The notes under the pieces were generated by a model. That model was not told where the DNA came from. It saw nothing but the letters and a program-made list of their open reading frames with translations, and did no database searches. This document shows positions 41,511-55,100 of a stretch of DNA of 64,000 nt, piece by piece. Source of the stretch: Azolla caroliniana (taxonomy: Eukaryota > Plantae > Polypodiophyta); assembly GCA_043228905.1 (NCBI GenBank), contig JBHGNT010000050.1:1-64000 (forward strand). The letters are read 5' to 3'. Each line of letters begins with the position of its first letter. The stretch's first letter is position 1. A program made the translations under genes and the position numbers.

Positions 41511-44500
41511 GCTAATTTCTTCATGTCTCTCGACCTGAGTTTCAAAATCTCGATGTTTTAATTCTATATCATAGCTAGCCTGGTTAGCTTCGATTCGCAT
41601 GTTTGAACACAGAAATCCGATATCACACGAGCCAGGTATGACCATTTTAATTTACACACACGCTCTTCTCAACTCCCTCCTCAAATATGCTAATTTCTTC
41701 ATGTCTCTCGACCTGAGTTTCAAAATCTCGATTTTTTAATTCTATATCATAGCTAGCCTTGTTAGCTTCGATTTGCATGTTTGAACACAGCAATCCGATA
41801 TCACACGAGCTAGGTATGACCATTTTAATTTACTCAATGGCTCTTCTCAACTCCCTCCTCAAATATGCTAATTTCCTCATGTCTCTCGACCTGAGTTTCA
41901 AAATCTCGATTTTTTAATTCTATATCATAGCTAGCCTTGTTAGCTTCGATTCGCATGTTTGAACACAGAAATCCGATATCACACGAGCCAGGTATGACCA
42001 TTTTAATTTACACACACGCTCTTCTCAACTCCCTCCTCAAATATGCTAAATTCTTCATGTCTCTCGACCTGAGTTTCAAAATCTCGATTTTTTAATTCTA
42101 TATCATAGCTAGCCTTGTTAGCTTCGATTTGCATGTTTGAACACAGAAATCCGATATCACACGAGCTAGGTATGACCATTTTAATTTACTCACACGCTCT
42201 TCTCAACTCCCTCCTCAAATATGCTAATTTCTTCATGTCTCTCGACCTGAGTTTCAAAATCTCGATGTTTTAATTCTATATCATAGCTAGCCTTGATAGC
42301 TTCGATTCGCATGTTTGAACACAGAAATCCGATATCACACGAGCCAGGTATGACCATTTTAATTTACACACACGCTCTTCTCAACTCCCTCCTCAAATAT
42401 GCTAATTTCTTCATGTCTCTCGACCTGAGTTTCAAAATCTCGATTTTTTAATTTTATATCATAGCTAGCCTTTTTAGCTTCGATTTGCATGTTTGAACAC
42501 AGCAATCCGATATCACACGAGCTAGGTATGACCATTTTAATTTACTCAATGGCTCTTCTCAACTCCCTCCTCAAATATGCTAATTTCCTCATGTCTCTCG
42601 ACCTGAGTTTCAAAATCACGATTTTTTAATTCTATATCATAGCTAGCCTTGTTAATTTCGATTCGCATGTTTGAACACAGAAATCCGATATCACACGAGC
42701 CAGGTATGACCATTTTAATTTACTCACTCGCTCTTCTCAACTCCCTCCTCTAGCATGCTAATTTCCTCATGTCTTTCGACGTCAGTTTCGAAATCACGAT
42801 TTTTTAAGTCTATATCATAGCTTGCCTTGTTAGCTTCGATTCGCATGTTTGAACACAGAAATCCGATATCACACGAGCCAGGTATGACCATTTTAATTTA
42901 CACACACGCTCTTCTCAACTCCCTCCTCAAATATGCTAATATCTTCATGTCTCTCGACCTGAGTTTCAAAATCTCGATTTTTTAATTTTATATCATAGCT
43001 AGCCTTTTTAGCTTCGATTTGCATGTTTGAACACAGCAATCCGATATCACACGAGCTAGGTATGACCATTTTAATTTACTCAATGGCTCTTCTCAACTCC
43101 CTCCTCAAATATGCTAATTTCCTCATGTCTCTCGACCTGAGTTTCAAAATCACGATTTTTTAATTCTATATCATAGCTAGCCTTGTTAGTTTCGATTCGC
43201 ATGTTTGAACACAGAAATCCGATATCACACGAGCCAGGTATGACCATTTTAATTTACTCACTCGCTCTTCTCAACTCCCTCCTCCAGCATGCTAATTTCC
43301 TCATGTCTTTCGACGTCAGTTTCGAAATCACGATTTTTTAAGTCTATATCATAGCTTACCTTGTTAGCTTCGATTCGCATGTTTGAACACAAAAATCCGA
43401 TATCACACGAGCCAGGTATGACCATTTTAATTTACTCACACGCTCTTCTCAACTCCCTCCTCAAATATGCTAATTTCTTCATGTCTCTCGACCTGAGTTT
43501 CAAAATCTCGATTTTTTAATTCTATATCATAGCTAGCCTTGTTAGTTTCGATTCGCATGTTTGAACACAGAAATCCGATATCACACGAGCCAGGTATGAC
43601 CATTTTAATTTACTCACACGCTCTTCTCAACTCCCTCCTCAAATATGCTAATTTCTTAATGTCTCTCGACCTGAGTTTCAAAATCTCGATTTTTTAATTC
43701 TATATCATAGCTAGCCTTGTTAGCTTCGATTTGCATGTTTGAACACAGAAATCCGATATCACACGAGCCAGGTATGACCATTTTAATTTACTCACTCGCT
43801 CTTCTCAACTCCCTCCTCCAACATGCTAATTTCCTCATGTCTTTCGACGTCAGTTTCGAAATCACGATTTTTTAAGTCTATATCATAGCTTGCCTTGTTA
43901 GCTTCGATTCGCATGTTTGAACACAGAAATCCGACATCACACGAGCCAGGTATGACCATTTTAATTTACTCACTCGCTCTTCTCAACTCCCTCCTCAAAT
44001 ATGCTAATTTCTTCATGTCTCTCGACCTGAGTTTCAAAATCTCGATTTTTTAATTCTATTTCATAGCTAGCCTTGTTAGTTTCGATTCGCATGTTTGAAC
44101 ACAGAAATCCGATATCACACGAGCCAGGTATGACCATTTTAATTTACTCACTCGCTCTTCTCAACTCCCTCCTCCAGCATGCTAATTTCCTCATGTCTTT
44201 CGACGTCAGTTTCAAAATCTTGATTTTTTAATTCTATATCATAGCTAGCCTTGTTAGCTTCGATTTGCATGTTTGAACACAGAAATCCGATATCACACGA
44301 GCCAGGTATGACCATTTTAATTTACTCACTGGCTCTTCTCAACTCCCTCCTCAAATATGCTAATTTCCTCATGTCTCTCGACCTGAGTTTCAAAATCACG
44401 ATTTTTTAAGTCTATATCATAGCTAGCCTTGTTAGTTTCGATTCGCATGTTTGAACACAGAAATCCGATATCACACGAGCTAGGTATGACCATTTTAATT

Positions 44501-45512
44501 TACTCACTCGCTCTTCTAAACTCCCTCCTCCAGCATGCTAATTTCCTCATGTCTTTCGACGTCAGTTTCGAAATCACGATTTTTTAAGTCTATATCATAG
44601 CTAGCCTGGTTAGCTTCGATTCGCATGTTTGAACACAGAAATCCGATATCACACGAGCCAGGTATGACCATTTTAATTTACACACACGCTCTTCTCAACT
44701 CCCTCCTCAAATATGCTAATTTCTTCATGTCTCTCGACCTGAGTTTCAAAATCTCGATTTTTTAATTCTATATCATAGCTAGCCTTGTTAGTTTCGATTC
44801 GCATGTTTGAACACAGAAATCCGATATCACACGAGCCAGGTATGACCATTTTAATTTACTCACTCGCTCTTCTAAACTCCCTCCTCCAGCATGCTAATTT
44901 CCTCATGTCTTTCGACGTCAGTTTCGAAATCACGATTTTTTAAGTCTATATCATAGCTAGCCTGGTTAGCTTCGATTCGCATGTTTGAACACAGAAATCC
45001 GATATCACACGAGCCAGGTATGACCATTTTAATTTACACACACGCTCTTCTCAACTCCCTCCTCAAATATGCTAATTTCTTCATGTCTCTCGACCTGAGT
45101 TTCAAAATCTCGATTTTTTAATTCTATATCATAGCTAGCCTTGTTAGCTTCGATTTGCATGTTTGAACACAGCAATCCGATATCACACGAGCTAGGTATG
45201 ACCATTTTAATTTACTCAATGGCTCTTCTCAACTCCCTCCTCAAATATGCTAATTTCCTCATGTCTCTCGACCTGAGTTTCAAAATCACGATTTTTTAAT
45301 TCTATATCATAGCTAGGCTTGTTAGTTTCGATTCGCATGTTTGAACACAGAAATCCGATATCACACGAGCCAGGTATGACCATTTTAATTTACTCACTCG
45401 CTCTTCTCAACTCCCTCCTCCAGCATGCTAATTTCCTCATGTCTTTCGACGTCAGTTTCGAAATCACGATTTTTTAAGTCTATATCATAGCTTGCCTTGT
45501 TAGCTTCGATTC

Positions 45513-47650
45513 GCATGTTTGAACACAGAAATCCGATATCACACGAGCCAGGTATGACCATTTTAATTTACTCACACGCTCTTCTCAACTCCCTCCTCAA
45601 ATATGCTAATTTCCTCATGTCTCTCGGCCTTAGTTTTAAAATCACGATTTTTTAATTCTATATCATAGCTAGAGTTGTTAGCTTCGATTCGCATGTTTGA
45701 ACACAAAAATCCGATATCACACGAGCCAGGTATGACCATTTTAATTTACTCACTCGCTCTTCTCAACTCCCTCCTCCAGCATGCTAATTTCCTCATGTCT
45801 TTCGACGTCAGTTTCAAAATCTTGATTTTTTAATTCTATATCATAGCTAGCCTTGTTAGCTTCGATTTGCATGTTTGAACACAGAAATCCGATATCACAC
45901 GAGCCCGGTATGACTATTTTAATTTACTCACTGGCTCTTCTCAACTCCCTCCTCAAATATGCTAATTTCCTCATGTCTCTCGACCTGAGTTTCAAAATCA
46001 CGATTTTTTAAGTCTATATCATAGCTAGCCTTGTTAGTTTCGATTCGCATGTTTGAACACAGAAATCCGATATCACACGAGCTAGGTATGACCATTTTAA
46101 TTTACTCACACGCTCTTCTCAACTCCCTCCTCAAATATGCTAATTTCTTCATGTCTCTCGACCTGAGTTTCAAAATCTCGATTTTTTAATTCTATATCAT
46201 AGCTAGCCTTGATAGCTTCGATTCGCATGTTTGAACACAGAAATCCGATATTACACGAGCCAGGTATGACCATTTTAATTTACACACACGCTCTTCTCAA
46301 CTCCCTCCTCAAATATGCTAATTTCTTCATGTCTCTCGACCTGAGTTTCAAAATCTCGATTTTTTAATATTATATCATAGCTAGCCTTTTTAGCTTCGAT
46401 TTGCATGTTTGAACACAGCAATCCGATATCACACGAGCTAGGTATGACCATTTTAATTTACTCAATGGCTCTTCTCAACTCCCTCCTCAAATATGCTAAT
46501 TTCCTCATGTCTCTCGACCTGAGTTTCGAAATCACGATTTTTTAAGTCTATATCATAGCTAGCCTTGTTAGTTTCGATTCGCATGTTTGAACACAGAAAT
46601 CCGATATCACACGAGCCAGGTATGACCATTTTAATTTACTCACACGCTCTTCTCAACTCCCTCCTCAAATATGCTAATTTCCTCATGTCTCTCGGCCTTA
46701 GTTTTAAAATCACGATTTTTTAATTCTATATCATAGCTAGAGTTGTTAGCTTCGATTCGCATGTTTGAACACAAAAATCCGATATCACACGAGCCAGGTA
46801 TGACCATTTTAATTTACTCACTGGCTCTTCTCAACTCCCTCCTCCAGCATGCTAATTTCCTCATGTCTCTCGACCTGAGTTTCAAAATCTCGATTTTTTA
46901 ATTCTATATCATAGCTAGCCTTGTTAGCTTCGATTTGCATGTTTGAACACAGAAATCCGATATCACACGAGCCCGGTATGACTATTTTAATTTACTCACT
47001 GGCTCTTCTCAACTCCCTCCTCAAATATGCTAATTTCCTCATGTCTCTCGACCTGAGTTTCAAAATCACGATTTTGTAAGTCTATATCATAGCTAGCCTT
47101 GTTAGTTTCGATTCGCATGTTTGAACACAGAAATCCGATATCACACGAGCTAGGTATGACCATTTTAATTTACTCACACGCTCTTCTCAACTCCCTCCTC
47201 AAATATGCTAATTTCTTCATGTCTCTCGACCTGAGTTTCAAAATCTCGATTTTTTAATTCTATATCATAGCTAGCCTTGATAGCTTCGATTCGCATGTTT
47301 GAACACAGAAATCCGATATCACACGAGCCAGGTATGACCATTTTAATTTACACACACGCTCTTCTCAACTCCCTCCTCAAATATGCTAATTTCTTCATGT
47401 CTCTCGACCTGAGTTTCAAAATCTCGATTTTTTAATTTTATATCATAGCTAGCCTTTTTAGCTTCGATTTGCATGTTTGAACACAGCAATCCGATATCAC
47501 ACGAGCTAGGTATGACCATTTTAATTTACTCAATGGCTCTTCTCAACTCCCTCCTCAAATATGCTAATTTCCTCATGTCTCTCGACCTGAGTTTCAAAAT
47601 CACGATTTTTTAATTCTATATCATAGCTAGCCTTGTTAATTTCGATTCGC
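45513..47650. repeat. 6-monomer tandem duplication (1068 bp x 2)
   Basis: CTCGGCCTTAGTTTT marker at 45625 and 46693; GAGCCCGGTATGACT marker near 45901 and 46969. Both spacings are 1068 = 6x178. Confidence 0.85.
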
Positions 47651-48538
47651 ATGTTTGAACACAGAAATCCGATATCACACGAGCCAGGTATGACCATTTT
47701 AATTTACTCACTCGCTCTTCTCAACTCCCTCCTCCAGCATGCTAATTTCCTCATGTCTTTCGACGTCAGTTTCGAAATCACGATTTTTTAAGTCTATATC
47801 ATAGCTTGCCTTGTTAGCTTCGATTCGCATGTTTGAACACAGAAATCCGATATCACACGAGCCAGGTATGACCATTTTAATTTACTCACACGCTCTTCTC
47901 AACTCCCTCCTCAAATATGCTAATTTCTTCATGTCTCTCGACCTGAGTTTCAAAATCTCGATTTTTTAATTCTATATCATAGCTAGCCTTGTTAGTTTCG
48001 ATTCGCATGTTTGAACACAGAAATCCGATATCACACGAGCCAGGTATGACCATTTTAATTTACTCACACGCTCTTCTCAACTCCCTCCTCAAATATGCTA
48101 ATTTCTTAATGTCTCTCGACCTGAGTTTCAAAATCTCGATTTTTTAATTCTATATCATAGCTAGCCTTGTTAGCTTCGATTTGCATGTTTGAACACAGAA
48201 ATCCGATATCACACGAGCCAGGTATGACCATTTTAATTTACTCACTCGCTCTTCTCAACTCCCTCCTCCAACATGCTAATTTCCTCATGTCTTTCGACGT
48301 CAGTTTCGAAATCACGATTTTTTAAGTCTATATCATAGCTTGCCTTGTTAGCTTCGATTCGCATGTTTGAACACAGAAATCCGATATCACACGAGCCAGG
48401 TATGACCATTTTAATTTACTCACACGCTCTTCTCAACTCCCTCCTCAAATATGCTAATTTCTTCATGTCTCTCGACCTGAGTTTCAAAATCTCGATTTTT
48501 TAATTCTATATCATAGCTAGCCTTGTTAGTTTCGATTC

Positions 48539-51500
48539 GCATGTTTGAACACAGAAATCCGATATCACACGAGCCAGGTATGACCATTTTAATTTACTCA
48601 CACGCTCTTCTCAACTCCCTCCTCAAATATGCTAATTTCTTAATGTCTCTCGACCTGAGTTTCAAAATCTCGATTTTTTAATTCTATATCATAGCTAGCC
48701 TTGTTAGCTTCGATTTGCATGTTTGAACACAGAAATCCGATATCACACGAGCCAGGTATGACCATTTTAATTTACACACACGCTCTTCTCAACTCCCTCC
48801 TCAAATATGCTAATTTCTTCATGTCTCTCGACCTGAGTTTCAAAATCTCGATTTTTTAATTTTATATCATAGCTAGCCTTTTTAGCTTCGATTTGCATGT
48901 TTGAACACAGCAATCCGATATCACACGAGCTAGGTATGACCATTTTAATTTACTCAATGGCTCTTCTCAACTCCCTCCTCAAATATGCTAATTTCCTCAT
49001 GTCTCTCGACCTGAGTTTCAAAATCACGATTTTTTAATTCTATATCATAGCTAGCCTTGTTAATTTCGATTCGCATGTTTGAACACAGAAATCCGATATC
49101 ACACGAGCCAGGTATGACCATTTTAATTTACTCACTCGCTCTTCTCAACTCCCTCCTCCAGCATGCTAATTTCCTCATGTCTTTCGACGTCAGTTTCGAA
49201 ATCACGATTTTTTAAGTCTATATCATAGCTTGCCTTGTTAGCTTCGATTCGCATGTTTGAACACAGAAATCCGATATCACACGAGCCAGGTAGGACCATT
49301 TTAATTTACTCACTCGCTCTTCTCAACTCCCTCCTCCAGCATGCTAATTTCCTCATGTCTTTCGACGTCAGTTTCGAAATCTCGATTTTTTAAGTCTATA
49401 TCATAGCTAGCCTTGTTAGTTTCGATTTGCATGTTTGAACAGAGAAATCCGATATCACACGAGCCAGGTATGACCATTTTAATTTACTCACACGCTCTTC
49501 TCAACTCCCTCCTCAAATATGCTAATTTCTTCATGTCTCTCGACCTGAGTTTCAAAATCTTGATTTTTTAATTCTATATCATAGCTAGCCTTGTTAGCTT
49601 CGATTCGCATGTTTGAACACTGAAATCCGATATCACACGAGCCAGGTATGACCATTTTAATTTACTCACACGCTCTTCTCAACTCCCTCCTCAAATATGC
49701 TAATTTCTTCATGTCTCTTGACCTGAGTTTCAAAATCTTGATTTTTTAATTCTATATCATAGCTAGCCTTGTTAGCTTCGATTTGCATGTTTGAACACAG
49801 AAATCCGTTATCACACGAGCCAGGTATGACCATTTTAATTTACTCACTGACTCTTCTCAACTCCCTCCTCAAAGATGCTAATTTCTTCATGTCTCTCGAC
49901 CTGAGTTTCAAAATCTCGATTTTTTAATTCTATATCATAGCTAGCCTTGTTAGTTTCGATTCGCATGTTTGAACACAGAAATCCGATATCACACGAGCCA
50001 GGTATGACCATTTTAATTTACTCACACGCTCTTCTCAACTCCCTCCTCAAATATGCTAATTTCTTAATGTCTCTCGACCTGAGTTTCAAAATCTCGATTT
50101 TTTAATTCTATATCATAGCTAGCCTTGTTAGCTTCGATTTGCATGTTTGAACACAGAAATCCGATATCACACGAGCCAGGTATGACCATTTTAATTTACA
50201 CACACGCTCTTCTCAACTCCCTCCTCAAATATGCTAATTTCTTCATGTCTCTCGACCTGAGTTTCAAAATCTCGATTTTTTAATTTTATATCATAGCTAG
50301 CCTTTTTAGCTTCGATTTGCATGTTTGAACACAGCAATCCGATATCACACGAGCTAGGTATGACCATTTTAATTTACTCAATGGCTCTTCTCAACTCCCT
50401 CCTCAAATATGCTAATTTCCTCATGTCTCTCGACCTGAGTTTCAAAATCACGATTTTTTAATTCTATATCATAGCTAGCCTTGTTAATTTCGATTCGCAT
50501 GTTTGAACACAGAAATCCGATATCACACGAGCCAGGTATGACCATTTTAATTTACTCACTCGCTCTTCTCAACTCCCTCCTCCAGCATGCTAATTTCCTC
50601 ATGTCTTTCGACGTCAGTTTCGAAATCACGATTTTTTAAGTCTATATCATAGCTTGCCTTGTTAGCTTCGATTCGCATGTTTGAACACAGAAATCCGATA
50701 TCACACGAGCCAGGTAGGACCATTTTAATTTACTCACTCGCTCTTCTCAACTCCCTCCTCCAGCATGCTAATTTCCTCATGTCTTTCGACGTCAGTTTCG
50801 AAATATCGATTTTTTAAGTCTATATCATAGCTAGCCTTGTTAGTTTCGATTTGCATGTTTGAACAGAGAAATCCGATATCACACGAGCCAGGTATGACCA
50901 TTTTAATTTACTCACACGCTCTTCTCAACTCCCTCCTCAAATATGCTAATTTCTTCATGTCTCTCGACCTGAGTTTCAAAATCTTGATTTTTTAATTCTA
51001 TATCATAGCTAGCCTTGTTAGCTTCGATTCGCATGTTTGAACACTGAAATCCGATATCACACGAGCCAGGTATGACCATTTTAATTTACTCACACGCTCT
51101 TCTCAACTCCCTCCTCAAATATGCTAATTTCTTCATGTCTCTTGACCTGAGTTTCAAAATCTTGATTTTTTAATTCTATATCATAGCTAGCCTTGTTAGC
51201 TTCGATTTGCATGTTTGAACACAGAAATCCGTTATCACACGAGCCAGGTATGACCATTTTAATTTACTCACTGACTCTTCTCAACTCCCTCCTCAAAGAT
51301 GCTAATTTCTTCATGTCTCTCGACCTGAGTTTCAAAATCTCGATTTTTTAATTCTATATCATAGCTAGCCTTGTTAGTTTCGATTCGCATGTTTGAACAC
51401 AGAAATCCGATATCACACGAGCCAGGTATGACCATTTTAATTTACTCACACGCTCTTCTCAACTCCCTCCTCAAATATGCTAATTTCTTAATGTCTCTCG

Positions 51501-52150
51501 ACCTGAGTTTCAAAATCTCGATTTTTTAATTCTATATCATAGCTAGCCTTGTTAGCTTCGATTTGCATGTTTGAACACAGAAATCCGATATCACACGAGC
51601 CAGGTATGACCATTTTAATTTACACACACGCTCTTCTCAACTCCCTCCTCAAATATGCTAATTTCTTCATGTCTCTCGACCTGAGTTTCAAAATCTCGAT
51701 TTTTTAATTTTATATCATAGCTAGCCTTTTTAGCTTCGATTTGCATGTTTGAACACAGCAATCCGATATCACACGAGCTAGGTATGACCATTTTAATTTA
51801 CTCAATGGCTCTTCTCAACTCCCTCCTCAAATATGCTAATTTTCTCATGTCTCTCGACCTGAGTTTCAAAATCACGATTTTTTAATTCTATATCATAGCT
51901 AGCCTTGTTAATTTCGATTCGCATGTTTGAACACAGAAATCCGATATCACACGAGCCAGGTATGACCATTTTAATTTACTCACTCGCTCTTCTCAACTCC
52001 CTCCTCCAGCATGCTAATTTCCTCATGTCTTTCGACGTCAGTTTCGAAATCACGATTTTTTAAGTCTATATCATAGCTTGCCTTGTTAGCTTCGATTCGC
52101 ATGTTTGAACACAGAAATCCGATATCACACGAGCCAGGTAGGACCATTTT
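48539..52150. repeat. Second 8-monomer HOR (1424 bp), about 2.5 copies
   Basis: The private variant GGTAGGACC lies at 49291, 50715 and 52139 (spacing 1424 = 8x178). TTCTTAATG and CAGCAATCC markers recur at the same period. Confidence 0.88.
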
Positions 52151-55100
52151 AATTTACTCACACGCTCTTCTCAACTCCCTCCTCAAATATGCTAATTTCT
52201 TCATGTCTCTCGACCTGAGTTTCAAAATCTCGATTTTTTAATTCTATTTCATAGCTACCCTTGTTAGATTCGATTCGCATGTTTGAACACAGAAATCCGA
52301 TATCACACGAGCCAGGTATGACCATTTTAATTTACTCACTCGCTCTTCTCAACTCCCTCCTCCAGCATGCTAATTTCCTCATGTCTTTCGACGTCAGTTT
52401 CAAAATCTTGATTTTTTAATTCTATATCATAGCTAGCCTTGTTAGCTTCGATTCGCATGTTTGAACACTGAAATCCGATATCACACGAGCCAGGTATGAC
52501 CATTTTAATTTACTCACTGGCTCTTCTGAACTCCCTCCTCAAATATGCTAATTTCCTCATGTCTCTCGACCTGAGTTTCAAAATCACGATTTTTTAAGTC
52601 TATATCATAGCTAGCCTTGTTAGTTTCGATTCGCATGTTTGAACACAGAAATCCGATATCACACGAGCTAGGTATGACCATTTTAATTTACTCACACGCT
52701 CTTCTCAACTCCCTCCTCAAATATGCTAATTTCTTCATGTCTCTCGACCTGAGTTTCAAAATCTCGATTTTTTAATTCTATATCATAGCTAGCCTTGTTA
52801 GCTTCGATTCGCATGTTTGAACACAGAAATCCGATATCACACGAGCCAGGTATGACCATTTTAATTTACACACACGCTCTTCTCAACTCCCTCCTCAAAT
52901 ATGCTAATTTCTTCATGTCTCTCGACCTGAGTTTCAAAATCTCGATTTTTTAATTCTATATCATAGCTAGCCTTGTTAGTTTCGATTTGCATGTTTGAAC
53001 ACAGCAATCCGATATCACACGAGCTAGGTATGACCATTTTAATTTACTCAATGGCTCTTCTCAACTCCCTCCTCAAATATGCTAATTTCCTCATGTCTCT
53101 CGACCTGAGTTTCAAAATCACGATTTTTTAATTCTATATCATAGCTAGGCTTGTTAGTTTCGATTCGCATGTTTGAACACAGAAATCCGATATCACACGA
53201 GCCAGGTATGACCATTTTAATTTACTCACTCGCTCTTCTCAACTCCCTCCTCCAGCATGCTAATTTCCTCATGTCTTTCGACGTCAGCTTCGAAATCACG
53301 ATTTTTTAAGTCTATATCATAGCTTGCCTTGTTAGCTTCGATTCGCATGTTTGAACACAGAAATCCGATATCACACGAGCCAGGTATGACCATTTTAATT
53401 TACTCACACGCTCTTCTCAACTCCCTCCTCAAATATGCTAATTTCTTCATGCCTCTCGACCTGAGTTTCAAAATCTCGATTTTTTAATTCTATATCATAG
53501 CTAGCCTTGTTAGTTTCGATTCGCATGTTTGAACACAGAAATCCGATATCACACGAGCCAGGTATGACCATTTTAATTTACTCACACGCTCTTCTCAACT
53601 CCCTCCTCAAATATGCTAATTTCTTATATTCTCTCGACCTGAGTTTCAAAATCTCGATTTTTTAATTCTATATCATAGCTAGCCTTGTTAGCTTCGATTT
53701 GCATGTTTGAACACAGAAATCCGATATCACACGAGCCAGGTATGACCATTTTAATTTACTCACTCGCTCTTCTCAACTCCCTCCTCCAACATGCTAATTT
53801 CCTCATGTCTTTCGACGTCAGTTTCGAAATCACGATTTTTTAAGTCTATATCATAGCTTGCCTTGTTAGCTTCGATTCGCATGTTTGAACACAGAAATCC
53901 GATATCACACGAGCCAGGTATGACCATTTTAATTTACTCACACGCTCTTCTCAACTCCCTCCTCAAATATGCTAATTTCTTCATGTCTCTCGACCTGAGT
54001 TTCAAAATCTCGATTTTTTAATTCTATATCATAGCTAGCCTTGTTAGCTTCGATTTGCATGTTTGAACACAGAAATCCGATATCACACGAGCCAGGTATG
54101 ACCATTTTAATTTACTCACACGCTCTTCTCAACTCCCTCCTCAAATATGCTAATTTCCTCATGTCTCTCGACCTGAGTTTCAAAATCTCGATTTTTTAAT
54201 TCTATATCATAGCTAGCCTTGTTAGCTTCGATTTGCATGTTTGAACACAGAAATCCGATATCACACGAGCCAGGTATGACCATTTTAATTTACTCACTCG
54301 CTCTTCTCAACTCCCTCCTCAAATATGCTAATTTCCTCATGTCTCTCGACCTGAGTTTCAAAATCTCGATATTTTAATTCTATATCATAGCTAGCCTTGT
54401 TAGCTTCGATTTGCATGTTTGAACACAGAAATCCGATATCACACGAGCCAGATATGACCATCTTAATTTACTCACTCGCTCTTCTCAACTCCCTCCTCAA
54501 ATATGCTAATTTAAGCATGTCTCTCGATCTGAGTTTCAAAATCTCGATTTTTTAATTCTATATCATACCTAGCGTTGTTAGCTTCGATTCGCATGTTTGA
54601 ACACAAAAATCCGATATCACACGAGCCAGGTATGACCATTTTAATTTACTCACTCGCTCTTCTCAACTCCCTCCTCCAGCATGCTAATTTCCTCATGTCT
54701 TTCGATGTCAGTTTTAAAATCTTGATTTTTTAATTCTATATCATAGCTAGCCTTGTTAACTTCGATTCGCATGTTTGAACACAGAAATCCGATATCACAC
54801 GAGCCAGGTATGACCATTTTAATTTACTCACTGGCTCTTCTCAACTCCCTCCTCAAATATGTTAATTTCCTGATGTCTCTCGACCGGAGTTTCAAAATCA
54901 CGATTTTTTAATTCTATATCATAGCTACCCTTGTTAGCTTCGATTCGCATGTTTGAACACAAAAATCCGATATCACACGAGCCAGGTATGACCATTTTAA
55001 TTTACTCACTGGCTCTTCTCAACTCCCTCCTCAAATATGCTAATTTCCTCATGTCTCTTGACCTGAGTTTCAAAATCACGATTTTTTAATTCTATATCAT

